Source of the DNA: Mizuhopecten yessoensis
Taxonomy: Eukaryota
Direction of reading: 5' to 3'
NCBI RefSeq assembly: GCF_002113885.1
Contig: NW_018407435.1
Location: 1,830,946 to 1,894,945 of the forward strand
Length of the DNA stretch: 64,000 nt
Shown: positions 1 to 14,519 of the stretch, piece by piece
Layout of the letters: each line of letters begins with the position of its first letter
How positions within the stretch are numbered: position 1 is the stretch's first letter
Notes under the pieces: model-generated
Database searches by the model: none
The model's input: only the letters and a program-made list of their open reading frames with translations
Told to the model about the DNA's origin: nothing
Position numbers and translations under genes: made by a program

Positions 1-1556
1 TGATTTGCAAGAGAACTATGGTGTAGTCCATGTAATTAGACAATGATTTACACGTTGATGTGAGATGTAATGTGTCTGTAATTTAAGCTGTTTATATACC
101 TTGTATTTGGACAGGAATATTATTATTTAACAATCTATCAGTCAAATAAGATCACAATACCTTATAAGGAACATCATTTTTACACATCCAAATGACAAGT
201 TTCAATCTAAGTTAACTGATTCACCAGTTCAACCTGTATCAAAAACGTTAGTATCAATGTTGTTTTGATGATTGATGACAGAGCCGAGTTCTTGGCTGAT
301 AACAAAATAATCTGTTGAATCTCGAAAATGGAGATACACTTTACACTTTTCCTGTAAAAACATAATCATAGGAAATAATTGTCCTGGTTTTTTTGGGACT
401 CTTTTTTTTTTGGGGGGGGGGGGGGTCATCATTTTTAGACACAGACCATACTTACTTTAATGAACATCCGGGCCAACAACAGTTATTAATAAAAATGTGT
501 TTGAAAATGGTGTATTGATTTCCAAAAGAAATATCAGAAGGAATACTAGATATGCTATCGACATAACAGCTGCATGTGGTCCAACATGGCTCACATTCAG
601 ACCTTTTCTGTCTGGTCAATTAATCCCCTATTGCAAAATTTCTCTACATTAAAATCTGGAGACACTATTTCATCTTATTGAAATCATTTCAACTAAGGGC
701 ACCAGTAAATGTTTGTAAATATTGAGTAATGTGTGAAATATTTAGAATGTCTCAAGCTAATGACTGTATACTATTTAAAAAGAATATAGTATGACGAAAG
801 AAGGAAAATGACACTACTGCCATTCAAAACATACATGTATAGACCTTCAGGTCTCGAAACAATACCAAGTTACTTCATCAACCAGATTGTAGAATATTCT
901 GATTACCTACCCATGATGCACCAAAACTTAAAGATCCATGTCCCACTGCACTGTAGTTTTTCGTAATGTATATACAGTAACCTCCCCTTAGTTTGGTTTT
1001 GTCTATACCGGTAACTACAGAACGCTTGGACAAGGACACTTCTGTTGAGTAGCTGGCAGCTCCGTCAGTTAGAGCGACAGCATAACATTCTGAAGTCGTG
1101 AGTTCAAATCCCTGCCCTGCCCGCTGAATTTTTACTTTCAAAACGCTGTTGTTGATTTTGGTTTTTTTCAAATTTATTTTTAATACTTTTTTCATAAAAG
1201 TCCCACAAAATATTGTTTTCTTTTCAGAAACGATTTATGAAAGCAACATTTATGCCGAAGAAATCTGTTTCTGATGCGTAGTTACTGTTTCTGGCAGTGG
1301 TACGGAGATCCTTAACTTCCTGTGTACATTTGTGTCCCAAGGTTAACGCTTTATGTCTACACCAGCTTGGCGGGACATAAAAAGACAATGATCAACTGTC
1401 ATGGTTATATATATACCTATCACTCAGTCTGGCAATGTCAAAAACTATACTGGTATAGCCACATCAAAGTCAGATCAGCTATGAATACCATGGCCTGATG
1501 GCAAGGTTGGTGTCATAATATACGACATTAATATTGTATGGCTTTGCCATTACATA

Positions 1557-1647
1557 TTAACTCATTCACCCCTGAAGACACATTTGAACCCCTCCAATTC
1601 AATGGTTGGTATAGTTCATTATAAAATTTCAGGGGTGAATGAGTTAA
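1557..1647. mobile_element. ~90-bp MITE bounded by TTAA (piggyBac-like), copy 1
   Basis: TTAA-CTCATTCACCCCTGAA ... TTCAGGGGTGAATGAG-TTAA perfect terminal inverted repeat; related copies at 26271 and 37490. Confidence 0.8.
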
Positions 1648-2825
1648 ACCAAAATTAGAAGGTATCCATATCAGCTATAAATGCTTTATATATAACACTA
1701 TTGCTGATGTCTTCATTATATATATATATATATATATAATTATTGTTACAGTGAACATTATATACAACTGACCCTTACTTATAAATGTTTTTCTTTTTAT
1801 TAGTATTATTTAAACAAGCATACGTACAGGATACGTACACTAATTTGAACTTTTAAAAAAATGCTGAATTTTGATAAATTGATTTAGTTTTGACTGACAT
1901 TTCTCTTGGCACTCAGAGCAAATGACAAGTTCTTTTTTTTTCCATTTCGGAATATCTTATTGTACCAATCTCAAGCACAAACAGAATTGGGCTACAGGCA
2001 TATAGCCTATATATAATTGTTAAGCCCTCTCCTTATGACAAGTTCTATATGAAAACCCACTTAAACGTTAACTGAAAGTAGTTCAATGTTTATTGACACT
2101 GGATACCAATTAATGACCCTTCCTGGAAGATAGCCGTTACATTTATTGAAAAAGCATACCGGCACATGCACACAGTACACTAGCAAATATTTAATTTAAT
2201 TAAATGCTGAATTTTGATGACTTAATTTTATATCTCAGATCAAAAGTTTAAAAGAATGATAAAAACAATTTAATTGCTTTCAGTTTGTATACTTATTCCA
2301 TAAATGTGGATTCCAATAGGAAACTTTCAAATTCAAAATGAAGTAAAAGATAAGTGCACTTCATGGAATTCACTATTTCAACTTGGTTTTCACAGTACAA
2401 TTTAAATACAACTTCAGTTTTGCTTGATTATCCTCTATTACATCAAATCAAAATGGAAAAAAATCTGTCTTTTTATTCATTTTTCTGGTCACTGTTATTA
2501 AAAAAGTACATGTGTAGCGGAAACTGATTAGGACTGCAGGTGTTAAGATAGCTGCGACAATGTAGCTTGTGACGAGCAGACAATTTTTTTATATTGCCTC
2601 GTCAGAGCTACGACTCAGTCCTATGTCAACTAATGGAGCAAAATCAAAAGTGTCAAATCTGTTAGATGACTGTCTAGTGATCAAGTAAAGCGGATGTAAA
2701 ACCAACTAATCAATCAATCAATCAATCAATCAGATAGTACAGTTCAACTTATTTAAATGTCTGTCTAGAGTTCAGAGGGTCAGGGTTTGAATCCTGGTCT
2801 GTCTATTGCATTTCCCCTGTCCATG

Positions 2826-3295
2826 CTTACACCAGCTAATACAGATATTTCTTACACCAGCTAATACAGACTTCTTACACCAGCTAATACAGATATTTCT
2901 TACACCAGCTAATTAAAAGATTTCTTACACAAGCTAATACAGAGATTTATTACACCAGCTAATACAGTCTTCTTACACCAGCTACTACAGATATTTCTTA
3001 CACCAGCTAATACAAACTTCTTACACCAGCTAAATAAAAGATTTCTTACACTAGCTAATACAGAGATTTCTTACACCAGCTAATACAGAGACTTCTAACA
3101 CCAGCCCATTAAGAGATTTCTTACACCAGCTCATTAAGAGATTTCTTATGCCAGCTCATTAAGAGATTTCTTACACCATTTCTTACACCAGCTAGTACAA
3201 AGATACCTTACACCAGCTAATGAAAAGATTTTTTACACCACCTAATACAGAGATTTCTTACACCAGCTAATACAGATATTTCTTACACCAGCTAA
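2826..3295. repeat. Minisatellite, ~25-bp unit CTTACACCAGCTAATACAGAGATTT (in DBNL intron 1)
   Basis: Directly visible tandem array of about 19 copies. Confidence 0.95.
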
Positions 3296-4559
3296 CTTGG
3301 GGTCCAATCAAATATAACAATTGAAGACCTTAGTAAAGAATCTCATGTGTCTACAGCAGGGTCGAAGACTTTATTGAAGGAGAGGAAAGTAATAGAAGTG
3401 TACTTGGATCAAGTGACATGGTTAAGCTCAGTTGGTTTGAACGTCTGTCTAGAGTTCATGTGATATATATATATATGTAAGGTTCTGCATGGGTTCCTAC
3501 CTAGTATATATATAACTTTATTTGTATGCTTTTTCCAGTGTTGCAGTTGAAGTCTCTGTATTTGGAGAAAACCCCATATATAATTGATGGCCAATGCAAC
3601 TAAGATAAAAACTATTTCTAAATTTGTACAATGAATTAGTAACAAAAGTTGGACTTAGGAAAATTATTATAATTTGAAGGTATTGATGAACACGATATAG
3701 GATAAATAAAGCATATCAGAAAATTAAATGCAACTAAAATTTGATTCCAATGTCTAATTGATAAAAGGAATATGTGTGCTTGCAGAAGAAAACAAGTAAG
3801 ATTATTTTCAACGTATATTTATAATCATTGTCATATATGCCAACCGTCTAGGAGGGAACTCCAGATTTTCAACCTGTTAATTTGCTTAATTGTTCTTATA
3901 TTCTAAGATCTATTAATTTCATCTAAAAGAAAAACAAGGGATAATTTTGTCGAGCTGGGGGGGGGGGGGGGGGGGGGGTGTTATACACACATATTATTTA
4001 TGTTTTAATTTTGAGCATTCATGATCACTCACTGAATGAATCTCCATCAAAAAGTTGGCAAGTATGTTATGTCAAGTACCTATTGATTAGTTACAATATT
4101 GATTAGTTACAATATATGAATGTCTAATCAATGTGTAACATTTTGTTCCATCTTGAAAAATAAGTGGATAACAATTTAAAATTAATTTTCATCAAGGGCG
4201 ATGTATCAAAATAATATACATAAATATATTTCAACAAATAATCCCAAGTGGCAGTTCTAACAGATCATGGAAGTGCAGAAAAAGACTATCAGCCTGTACA
4301 CAGTATTAACCCCAGGGTACAGTGACACCGAGTTAAGCTGTGATGATTCATAACATGAGTCAAGTGTTCAACAGGTGAAATCAACCCTAGGCCTGATACG
4401 GTTGCACAGAAGTCGATAGAAACCGATACGATTCCTTGGGTCATTGACACCTGACAACATGCAGAATGTTTTCAATCGTAAGGTTTGCTTACGACCTAAA
4501 CATCTAAGTATATTTGGATGTGATATCGGTCCCGATTAATAAATAAATAAACAGAAACA

Positions 4560-5230
4560 ATAACCGGAAGTATATATAGCTGGGAGTGACACTGACAAGA
4601 GAAAATGGGCGGGTTGGCGATAACAAACAGGTTATTTCAGTTTTGTGCACGATTGGAGTGTGCTTAACATTAATCCAAATTAATTATTGGTTAAGAAAAG
4701 ACCAGTCTCACCAATCCGTGTCCGATTTTTCATCCACAACATCCCGGTAACTCTTGATAAGAGCATCTTGATTTTTCCTCATATCAAGCGCCATCCTGCT
4801 TTCTGCATGTGCTTGTGTACTACGTCACCAATTCATGCGTAGTGTCACGGTTTGCACTCACCCTCGGGCATAATATACACTGCGATCTCTTCAGAAGGGA
4901 AAGTCTTGCATACTGGTATGACCATCGGGCATTCTCTGGTCAAGAACAAGACACGCTTGACCGACTGCGGCTAAGCCTGGTAATTATCTAGTTACGTTAT
5001 GTTGTGTGGTCATTTTACGGTCTGTTATCTCATAATGCGCTCCCGCTGTCAGTCAGCTGTCATGCGAGGCCACGGTTTGTTTACAAACATCGTCTTGAAA
5101 TATGAATGGCGCTGCATAAATAGGCCACTGTGAACGTAAACCACCTAACGGACTCGACATCGTTTTATTAGCTATTGATACGGAATTGATCATGTTTATA
5201 TCATAAAGATTGATCATAACTGTGTAAGAA
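4560..5230. promoter_or_regulatory. Probable promoter region of DBNL, possibly bidirectional with RhoBTB
   Basis: Locally CpG-richer than the flanks. Contains ETS motif CCGGAAGT (4564), GGGCGGG (~4607), CCAAT boxes and a CRE half-site TACGTCA (4821), and surrounds the DBNL start codon. Plus-strand donor-like gtaaga occurs at 5224 and 5343. Confidence 0.45.
4712..4794 (-). CDS. DBNL: First coding exon of drebrin-like protein (Abp1/DBNL, ADF-H domain N-terminus); gene continues leftwards
   Basis: Not in the ORF track. Minus strand reads ATG...MALDMRKNQDALIKSYRDVVDEKSDTD-TG|gtgaga (83 nt, phase-2 donor). It aligns with the N-terminus I recall for drebrin-like proteins ([28 protein letters not shown]). 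Exon 2 was not located in 1-4711. Confidence 0.85.
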
Positions 5231-7920
5231 CATGTCCTAGAATTTGGAAGATATAGATTCAATAGGCCTAGTGTGAAAATTGAAATGTCTGCATAATATT
5301 TTGAAGCAGTTTCTAAAAATAGAATTTATGCAACTAATATAGGTAAGATTATAATTTGATTAAAAGAAAATCTAACAAATAAGTTGCACCACTTTTAGTT
5401 GATAACTTTATATATTTTTTTATAAAGGGTACTGTATGTGTTAATTTATACCTTTAGTATAGTATTTATATAATAACAGATAATGATAATTTTGAATTTT
5501 CTAAATAATCCAAACTTCAATGTCAAACTTATCGCACTTAACAAATTGTTTGGATGATCTACAACTTGCACAAATTATACCGTGCATCATGTGCATTATT
5601 GCCTGTCTGTCTTAATCCTGGAAATTATCATTAAACTTTTATTTTCAGACTTGTAATGGTAATTGAATTATTTAAACTGAACTACAAATGTAACATACAT
5701 ATTAATATTAATTGTCATATCTGAACAAGTTATGTTAGCACCAGTATGCATAACAAGTATTCAGTTCGCTTCAAAGATTTCATTGTAGGAGTTTACGCTA
5801 GAATCAAGATGACGGATCATTAACTTTAGGGTCCACGTATAAAATCTGAATCAATGGATTTAGTTTGTGCTTTTATTACCAGCTGTCACTGTCAGTGAAT
5901 TAAATTGTTGTAAAGTATGTGTATTACTGTTACAAGTTTCAACCTGGTGCCCTTTTCAATGTACACACAAAAAAGTGTCATCTCAAATTTAAAACCGTCA
6001 ATACACAAAGGGAACAATTGGCAGCATGTCACCATTTATTGTATATATGTACACCTGACCATTTATTGTATATATATGTAGTACACCTGACCATTTATTG
6101 ACTTTTAAATCTGATACCAATGCCAATGTTCAGTTTGTAAATGTTTGCTTATATAGCTGTTGAGACGTACATTTGATTGCTAATCTGCAGTAAATGTTGT
6201 CATTAACTTATATTACATCTGATATCAAAGAGACGTAACTAAACTATTCTAAAGAGCAAACATTACCTGATAATTGTGTTTATATATTAATTGCATGCTT
6301 TTAATAAATCGAAAATCGAAAATCAGCCATTAATGTTTTCACTAGATTGGTCCAGGCACTGTAATTGGACTGATATATCATATATACTTATGTTTTTGTC
6401 ATCTATGTATACCCTAGCCTTCAGCCGATTTTTTCAAGAATATTTGTACCAAGGTGGCTGTCCTGGGCACTAATTACAGTAAATATGATAGCTAGGCTTG
6501 TACATAATTAAATTTCCTGTTTTCAATATATAGTTTAATTTCCAGCTTTCAATACTTTTCATTAGAATTCTCATATTTCTGGTCACTACATGTATATACC
6601 TTGCATGCACTAGTAGGCCGGAGTTTGATTCCCCAATTGGATGTGAATATGTATAGGGTCACCCGATTCTGGCCATGTGCCAGATTGCAGGTTTTTTCCA
6701 GGTTCTCCAGTGCCCTGCATGATCCCTGCATCATGCATGGTGACCGGTGTCCAAGGAGACAATGTATCTGATTCTGGCCTTATTGGTTACTTTATATTGT
6801 ATAAAATATCGTTAAATTTATCACAGGAAAACTTACATGAAACATTGAAAACAATGTAGGCTTCATATTGACTTACATAACATTGAATATTGATGAGGAA
6901 TAGATGATTGGTTGCTTGTATAACTGTTATTTGGGACTTGTGAGATTTAATAGCTACCGTACATAAAATTACATTGAGAAGTATCTGCATGAGAGACTAC
7001 CTTAACCTTGTCTAGAGCTTTCTCTGAAAAGATCACCACTTTCTCTATCATCCTTATAAAGCATTTAACTTTATACTCAACTGTTCCATCTTTGTTAAGA
7101 GACCAGCTTAGAGTCTAAAATGTTCTTGGGTAGTCTCCTAATACAGATTTAACTGTAGATATGTTGAAGCAATATGATACTCTAAAAGAGAACCGCCCAA
7201 TTGGTTAATTGATGCTGGTGAAATAGATTTGGCAGTTCTAGGGGAAAACTATACTAATTTGAAGTGCATACTAATGGACAATTAAGCTCACAAGAACCTG
7301 ATACTGTTGTTTGTGTTAGCAGGTGATTGAAATAGTATAAAAGCAAATTAAAAGAAGTTTTCAGAATCAACAGATTGCTTTGTTTTCAAGCAAAAATATA
7401 TGAAAAGAAAGCCTAGCTGCTTCACAGTGGGCAACAGTTGGTTTCATTGGCCTGTGCTGTACATGATCACTGCATTAGTATTCCTGGGGAAACAGTTGGT
7501 TCACGTACAGGCTGATATAGGGTTTACTGCTGCCCACTAAATTATTTATTGCTATTGGAAAACGGTCGGTTCTAAAGAGTAAAAGGATGACTTCTGTCCA
7601 TTGCATAATAATTTTGTGAATGAAAATTTCATAGATACTTTATTTTAAAATTGAAAAAAAATATCTGGTACGTGTGTTCCAAACCATTTTCAATACAAAG
7701 CATATCACATGTGTAATACTTTTCGTTGTTTATAAGAGCTGGCCTTCATTTCGTTATCATTAATTAAATCATTGAAGTTTTGAGATGGACTATATATATA
7801 TAGAACTTTTATTAGCTAGGTTGAATTATGCAAATTATTACATTATCCTTGTCGCAGAGTTAGCCACTTAATTGGGTAGGTGGGTGGCAGGGGATGTATT
7901 TTTACAGAGTCGGAGTAAAC

Positions 7921-8126
7921 TTTATTTATTTTACAACAATTATGAAACAAATTATTTCAACTTATATTAATAACTCTTATTAGCTCGGATGTTAGCATGC
8001 AAAGGGTCTAAATGTGGGAGGAAACCAGAGTACCCCGGAGAAAACTCACATGGCCGGGCAGGTGACCCCATACCTTTTCATGTTCGATAGGGGAATTGAA
8101 CCTCGGCCGCCTTGGTGAAAGGCAAG
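7921..8126 (-). mobile_element. tRNA-derived V-domain SINE (partial)
   Basis: GTGGGAGGAAACCAGAGTACCCCGGAGAAAAC is the reverse complement of the V-SINE core; B-box GGTTCAATTCCC on minus strand; (TTTA) tail at 7921. Confidence 0.7.
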
Positions 8127-8262
8127 TTCGCTTTGAGTTGACGCCACCTGGGTGGGAGATCAGTCACAGGTATCGTAGAGCAATCTTTGAGTGGGGGAGG
8201 GGAGAGGTGGCTTCAGTCACAGAGCCGAAGATACCTCAGGGAATTAGTCACAGATATGGAGC

Positions 8263-9903
8263 AACCTTAGGATGGGGTGAACATCAGTTACAGACTTGGA
8301 GCAACAGGGCAGTACTGCATTTGAACAAGAAAGATCGATGCTCTAGCTAGCCAATTGAGGTGATTGAAATAGGAGTTTGTCACAGGCACCGCTGTATCAG
8401 GAAAGGAAAAATGTAATCATTCTACACTGGGATTAGAACACAGGACCTCAAAACTCTAGATAGACTCACTGACAGAGATCCAGTCCAGACTCAAAACTCT
8501 AGATAGACTCCCTGACAGAGATCCAGTCCAGACTCAAACCTCGAGATAGACTCACGGACAGAGATCCAGTCCAGACTCAAAACTCTAGATAGACTCACTG
8601 ACATAGATCCAGTCCAGACTCAAAACTCTAGACAGACTCACTGACAGAGATCCAGTCCACACTCAAAACCCTAGATAGACTCACTGACAGAGATCCAATC
8701 CAGACTCAAAACTCTAGATAGACTCTTACCAATTAAGCTACCTGGTCACTTAGATAGACTCTAACCTTAGGATGGGGTGAACATCAGTTACAGACTTGGA
8801 GCAACAGGGCAGTACTGCATTTGAACAAGAAAGATCGATGCTCTAGCTAGCCAATTGAGGTGATTGAAATAGGAGTTTGTCAAAGGCACCGCTGTATCAG
8901 GAAAGGAAAAATGTAATCATTCTACACTGGGATTAGAACACAGGACCTCAAACCTCTAGATAGACTCACTGACAGAGATACAGTCCAGACTCAAAACTCT
9001 AGATAGACTCTCTGACAGAGATCCAGTCCAGACTCAAACCTCGAGATAGACTCACGGACAGAGATCCAGTCCAGACTCAAAACTCTAGATTGACTCACTG
9101 ACAGAGATCCAGTCCACACTCAAAACCCTAGATAGACTCACTGACAGAGATCCAATCCAGACTCAAAACTCTAGATAGACTCTAACCAATTAAGCTACCT
9201 AGTCACTTAGATAGACTCTAACCAATTAAGCTACCTGGTCACTTAGATAGACTCTAACCTTAGGATGGGGTGAACATCAGTTACAGACTTGGAGCAACAG
9301 GGCAGTACTGCATTTGAACAAGAAAGATCGATGCTCTAGCTAGCCAATTGAGGTGATTGAAATAGGAGTTTGTCAAAGGCACCGCTGTATCAGGAAAGGA
9401 AAAATGTAATCATTCTACACTGGGATTAGATCACAGGACCTCAAAACTCTAGATAGACTCACTGACATAGATCCAGTCCAGACTCAAAACTCTAGCTAGA
9501 CTCACTGACAGAGATCCAGTCGAGACTCAAAACTCTAGATAGACTCACTGACAGAGATCCAATCCAGACTCAAAACTCTAGATAGACTCACTGACATAGA
9601 TCCAGTCCAGACTCAAAACTCTAGCTAGACTCACTGACAGAGATCCAGTCGAGACTCAAAACTCTAGATAGACTCACTGACAGAGATCCAATCCAGACTC
9701 AAAACTCTAGATAGACTCTAACCAATTAAGCTACCTGGTCACTTAGATATACTCTAACCAATTAAGCTACCTGGTCACTGACAGAGACCCAGTCCAGACT
9801 CAAAACTCTAGATAGACTCTAACCCATTAAGCTACCTGGTCACTTAGATATACTCTAACCAATTAAGCTACCTGGTCACTGACAGAGATCCAGTCCAGAC
9901 CTC
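8263..9903. repeat. Higher-order repeat: three ~500-650-bp blocks (8263, 8763, 9256), each a ~185-bp segment plus 43-bp tandem units and 36-bp units
   Basis: aaccttaggatggggtgaacatcag... recurs three times; 43-bp unit CTCAAAACTCTAGATAGACTCACTGACAGAGATCCAGTCCAGA. Confidence 0.95.
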
Positions 9904-10845
9904 ACTACTATACTCCTGATTATAAACACAGCTGGGAATTTATTTTTAGTATTTTCTTGGTTAGAATAGTTATTAGATAATGGGCAAATCACTACATACA
10001 TTCAGCTTTATATATCTTCCTGACAACATTTTGCACAAACTTGTCATTGACAAATGTATGTTAATTATGTAAAAAAAATCATTGTTTGTATATTATGTAA
10101 ATTCAACTCATGTTAGCCTAAATTCTTCTCGCATGACTGTATTTAAAAGAATTTCATTATTCTTATGAGACAGTTTAATTTGTACAAGTGATGTATATTT
10201 CACCTGCCTTGTATAGATGTGTATATATATGGATGTACTTATATACATGTTTGTGTATATATGTGGACAAAACGTTAACACTGCAAGTTTTCCTGGAAAA
10301 TTGCCTGTTTTTTATTTTTTTTCTATTTATATTACTTGCAAATTTATAGCCATATATGAAATAAATTTATGTAAATGGTTGTCCTTTTCACCATAATGTA
10401 AGACTTGGCAGGTGTATTGTACTTTGTACTCGATACTCGTGCTTTACTTAAGGAGGTACAACACACTAGCTTGCTTTCCATTGCATGATGTTTCCATATC
10501 CCCAGTAATCCTTAATTAATAATGTTGAATGTCTGCAGTAAAAGTTAGTGCCTAGATCTAAATCAGCAGTTTTGGATCAAAAGATACAATTGTAAGTACA
10601 AAAAAGCCTCTTGACAATCATATGCGCGTGACATTTTACATACATGTATATGTACCAGGTGCATGTAATTACATTATGCATGTATGTCGGCTTATGTAAA
10701 TTTGAGGATGTTACTTTTATTAAACCGACCACACGTAATTAATATGTTTTGAAAACAATAGTTGTGTTCAATGATCAGACTTAAATGAATAAAATTGTGA
10801 TTAACATTTACAGAAAGATTTAATCGTAAATATTATAAGAAATAG

Positions 10846-11400
10846 TTTTCTATCTTGGTCAGGTTATGTATGAAGTGATTAAACTGCGGTTGAGCATGAG
10901 TAAATTTATCATAGATGGCGAAGTAGTTTATTCAATTTATACATGCTCAACTGTAATCACTTAATAACCTGACCAAAGTAGAAAATGATTCCTTAAAAAT
11001 ATATATATGATACCTGATTTTTTTTATGGATGCCATAATTATACATCCAAAAAAAACAAAAATCGTGATACACAGCAGTCTCTCGTGAATGATCTACTGA
11101 TAACCAGTATAACCTCGCTACAAACATTCTAAAATGTCTGATCTCCTGTATCAATTTTTGTTTAAAATTGTTGACGTGATAATCATGTAAATGTGATGGG
11201 ATATATATGTAGATCAACAAAGCTGTTCACTGTCTTGTTGTACACTGTACCGTTTTTTCCCCTGTAACGGCCGTTAATTTTCATATTGTCATCACAATCT
11301 GACGTACGTGTGCAGCTCTCATGATCACATAGCTTGACTTCAGCCAATCACAGACAGGCAAATGATATAGAGCCGTTTATGGCCAGTTAATCCGCATATG
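10846..11400. mobile_element. Hairpin-type non-autonomous element (Crypton-like)
   Basis: Imperfect inverted repeat 10846-10985 (ttggtcaggttat/ataacctgaccaa; gttgagcatg/catgctcaac), with TGACGT and CCAATCACAG downstream. Confidence 0.5.
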
Positions 11401-13454
11401 TGACATATTTTTATGCATTTTTGTGATTGTATATAATGTAATTTGATACATATAATTGTATAAAATCAATGTTATACGTATTGGATAAATATTGTAATTT
11501 TACAGTCATCTGTATCAGATTTCACTTTTTAATACAAAATTGTATCATAATGTAATACAGAATTACTAGCTTCCCTGTTACGTATATATGTATCCCAAAA
11601 AACAGGAGCAATGTATAAGTAAGAATCTTATATCTTAATTAGATTGGCAACATTGAAGACTTGACTTGATTGGTGATCTGGAAAAAAAAAGTGTTTTTCA
11701 TGAATATTCATAAAAGTTTTACGTAAATAAAAGGATTCTGAATTTGTGTCGATTTCATATGAGATGGAGATTTATGAACTTCTAGACTTTTTTTGCCTCC
11801 TAATGTATAGGATATGCACACATTATGTGTACTGACTATTAACGTCCCTCAGGCCGGGCCTTGTTGATTATCTCGCATAAAAATGTGCTAAATTACACGT
11901 TTGTTCTCAAACTGGTATGGAATCTCCATTTTAGACCTAGTTACAGAGCTCTATATTTGTGGCACCTGTACGTAAGTAATGAAGTACCTCGTTAGTTTGA
12001 CGGTACATATATATTGTAGTCAGTCGGTCTGCAGCTGGCTTACAACTCTAATTCATTATAAATTAAAACACTGTACACAAAGTGTTTGTAACAGTATACT
12101 GTTGTTAGAATTGAATTCATTTTGCATTGACGTTTTTTTATACAAACTTGTTGTAACAAGTTCTTCATTTTTGAGAGACTTTCTGTATACACTCGGCAGG
12201 GCGTTACTTGTCTAGCTAACTTGTTAATTTACATATGATATCATGTTCTGCTGAGCAAGCAATATATTTTGATTTATTCTTTTATTTTAGACAAATATAA
12301 TTTCAAATCAGGTTCAACAAGTGTATTTGAAAATGATAATCAATTCATTCTTTCTTTAGACAGATTTTTAAATCAGGTTTAATAAGTGTTTTTTAAAATG
12401 ATTAAAATATATATAAAGGTAAAGTAAGGATCATATGGTAATTCTGACTTCAGATTAAGCTTACCAGTAAATGCTGATTTAGTAAAAATTTATATATTTT
12501 TTTTGTTGGCTAGGATTATATGGGTGAGTGAATAACCTCAATCCAAGCATTCAATTCTTCTTCGACCAATTAGACGTCCACCTTTAACTTATATGATATT
12601 GTATGTCACTTTTACGTACATTCTGTGTGTATGGGTGACTGTTTATGCGCTGGAGAGTACTTCTGTGTTCTGTTTTGGCTATAGAACTGTGTTTCTGCTT
12701 GAAAATCACAGCACAGATAGTGTTATACCTACCCTGACCATATGTTATCCGCCATCCAGGGTTGCCGGAGTTGGCAGTAAGGGTAAATATCTTACTCTAA
12801 GATTAACAATGAAAATTTATAGAAATTTTGAAACAATGAAACAACATGCATGCATTAATATGTCAGCGTAGTCTTTACTTTTGTCTTTCGAGTATTTCTT
12901 TTTTATGGATATACCCGTCTTCTGAGGGGTTTACAATGGTATCATCTTGTACGTCTGTCAACGACTTTGTCTCTGCGCATGCTCTGTCAATCGACAATTT
13001 ATTCCTGATCATCTTCCACAAAGTTTTGAGGTGGTTAGTTTTGGTAAGAGGCACAGAATTTAATTTCCGTATTTCTTCAATGCATTATAACCTTGCAGAC
13101 TTATATTGGTTGATAATGTATACATGTATGGAGTCAGTGTAATGTATCTATGAACGTAACTTATATCACCAGCCGCTTTTAGGTAAACCAGCGGGAACAA
13201 CTATTCAGAAAAAAATCTATTTAGATAAACTTGTATGCATGGGGGACATGTTCATGGCATGGTTGTTAAGTGTGTTGCCTTAAGCCTATTGACTGCCGAT
13301 TGCAAGTCACAGGGCAAGAACCAGAGTTATTAACGCAATGGTTCTTTCAGCCATTGTGGAATTGAGAAATTGACTTTCCTCAGGTATCGGGAAGGTAAAG
13401 GTATATGTAGTACAATGTACAGGGTACAGTACTATAGTGCACACATGGATGCTT

Positions 13455-14519
13455 CAGAGACAAAACAGAGATGTGGAGGTACTGAGGTACACAAAACAGA
13501 GATGTGGAGGTACTGAGGTACACAATACAGAGATGTGGAGGTACTGAGGGACACAAAACAGAGATGTGGAGGTCCTGAGGTTCACAAAACAGAGATGTGG
13601 AGGTACGGAGGTACACAAAACAGAGAGGTTGAGGTACTGAGGTACACAAAAAGGGGATTTGGAGGTACTGAGGTACACAAAAAAGAGATGTGGAGGTACT
13701 GAGGTATACAAAAAGGGGATGTGGAGGTACTGAGGAACACAAAACAGAGATGTGGAGGGACTGAGGAACACAAAACAGAGATGTGGAGGAGTACTGAGGA
13801 ACACAAAACAGAGATGTGGAGGAGTACTGAGGAACACAAAACAGAGATGTGGAGGGACTGAGGTACACAAAACAAAGATGAGGAGGTACTGAGGTACACA
13901 AAACATAGATGTGGAGGTATACTGAAGTACATAAAACAGAGATGTGGAGATACTGAGGTACACAAAACAGAGTCTTGGAGGAACTGAGGTACACAAAACA
14001 AAGATGAGGAGGTACTGAGGTACACAAAACAAAGATGTGGTGGTACTGAGGTACACAAAACAGAGGTGTGGAGGTACTGAGGTACACAAGACAGAGATGT
14101 GGAGGTACTGAGGAACATAAAACAGAGATGTGGAGGTACTGCGGTACACAAAACAGAGATGTGGAGTTACTGAGGTACACAAAACAGAGACGTGGAGGGA
14201 CTGAGGTACACAAAACAAAGATGAGGAGGTACTGAGGTACACAAAACAGAGGTGTGGAGGTACTGAGGTACACAAGACAGAGATGTGGAGGTACTGAGGC
14301 ACACAAAACAGAGATGTGGAGGTGCTGAGGTACACAAAACAGAGATGGGGAGGTACTGAGGTACACAAAACATAGATGTGGAGGTACTGAGGTACAAAAA
14401 ACAGAGATGTGGAGGTACTGCGGTACACAAAACAGAGATGTGGAGGTACTGAGGTACACAAAAAGGGGATGTGGAGGTACTGAGGTACACAAAACAGAGA
14501 TGTGGAGGTACTGAGGTAC
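13455..14519. repeat. Minisatellite, 31-bp unit GAGGTACACAAAACAGAGATGTGGAGGTACT
   Basis: About 34 tandem copies; explains the four overlapping minus-strand repetitive ORFs. Confidence 0.97.

Noticed and set aside
229-660. Possible minus-strand exons (acceptor near 353, donor near 455) as DBNL continuation
   Set aside because: No frame gives the expected ADF-H sequence after TDW, and the frames contain stops.
1055-1121. tRNA-like sequence (A/B boxes, CATAA)
   Set aside because: Acceptor and anticodon stems do not pair properly; more likely a SINE head or tRNA relic than a functional tRNA.
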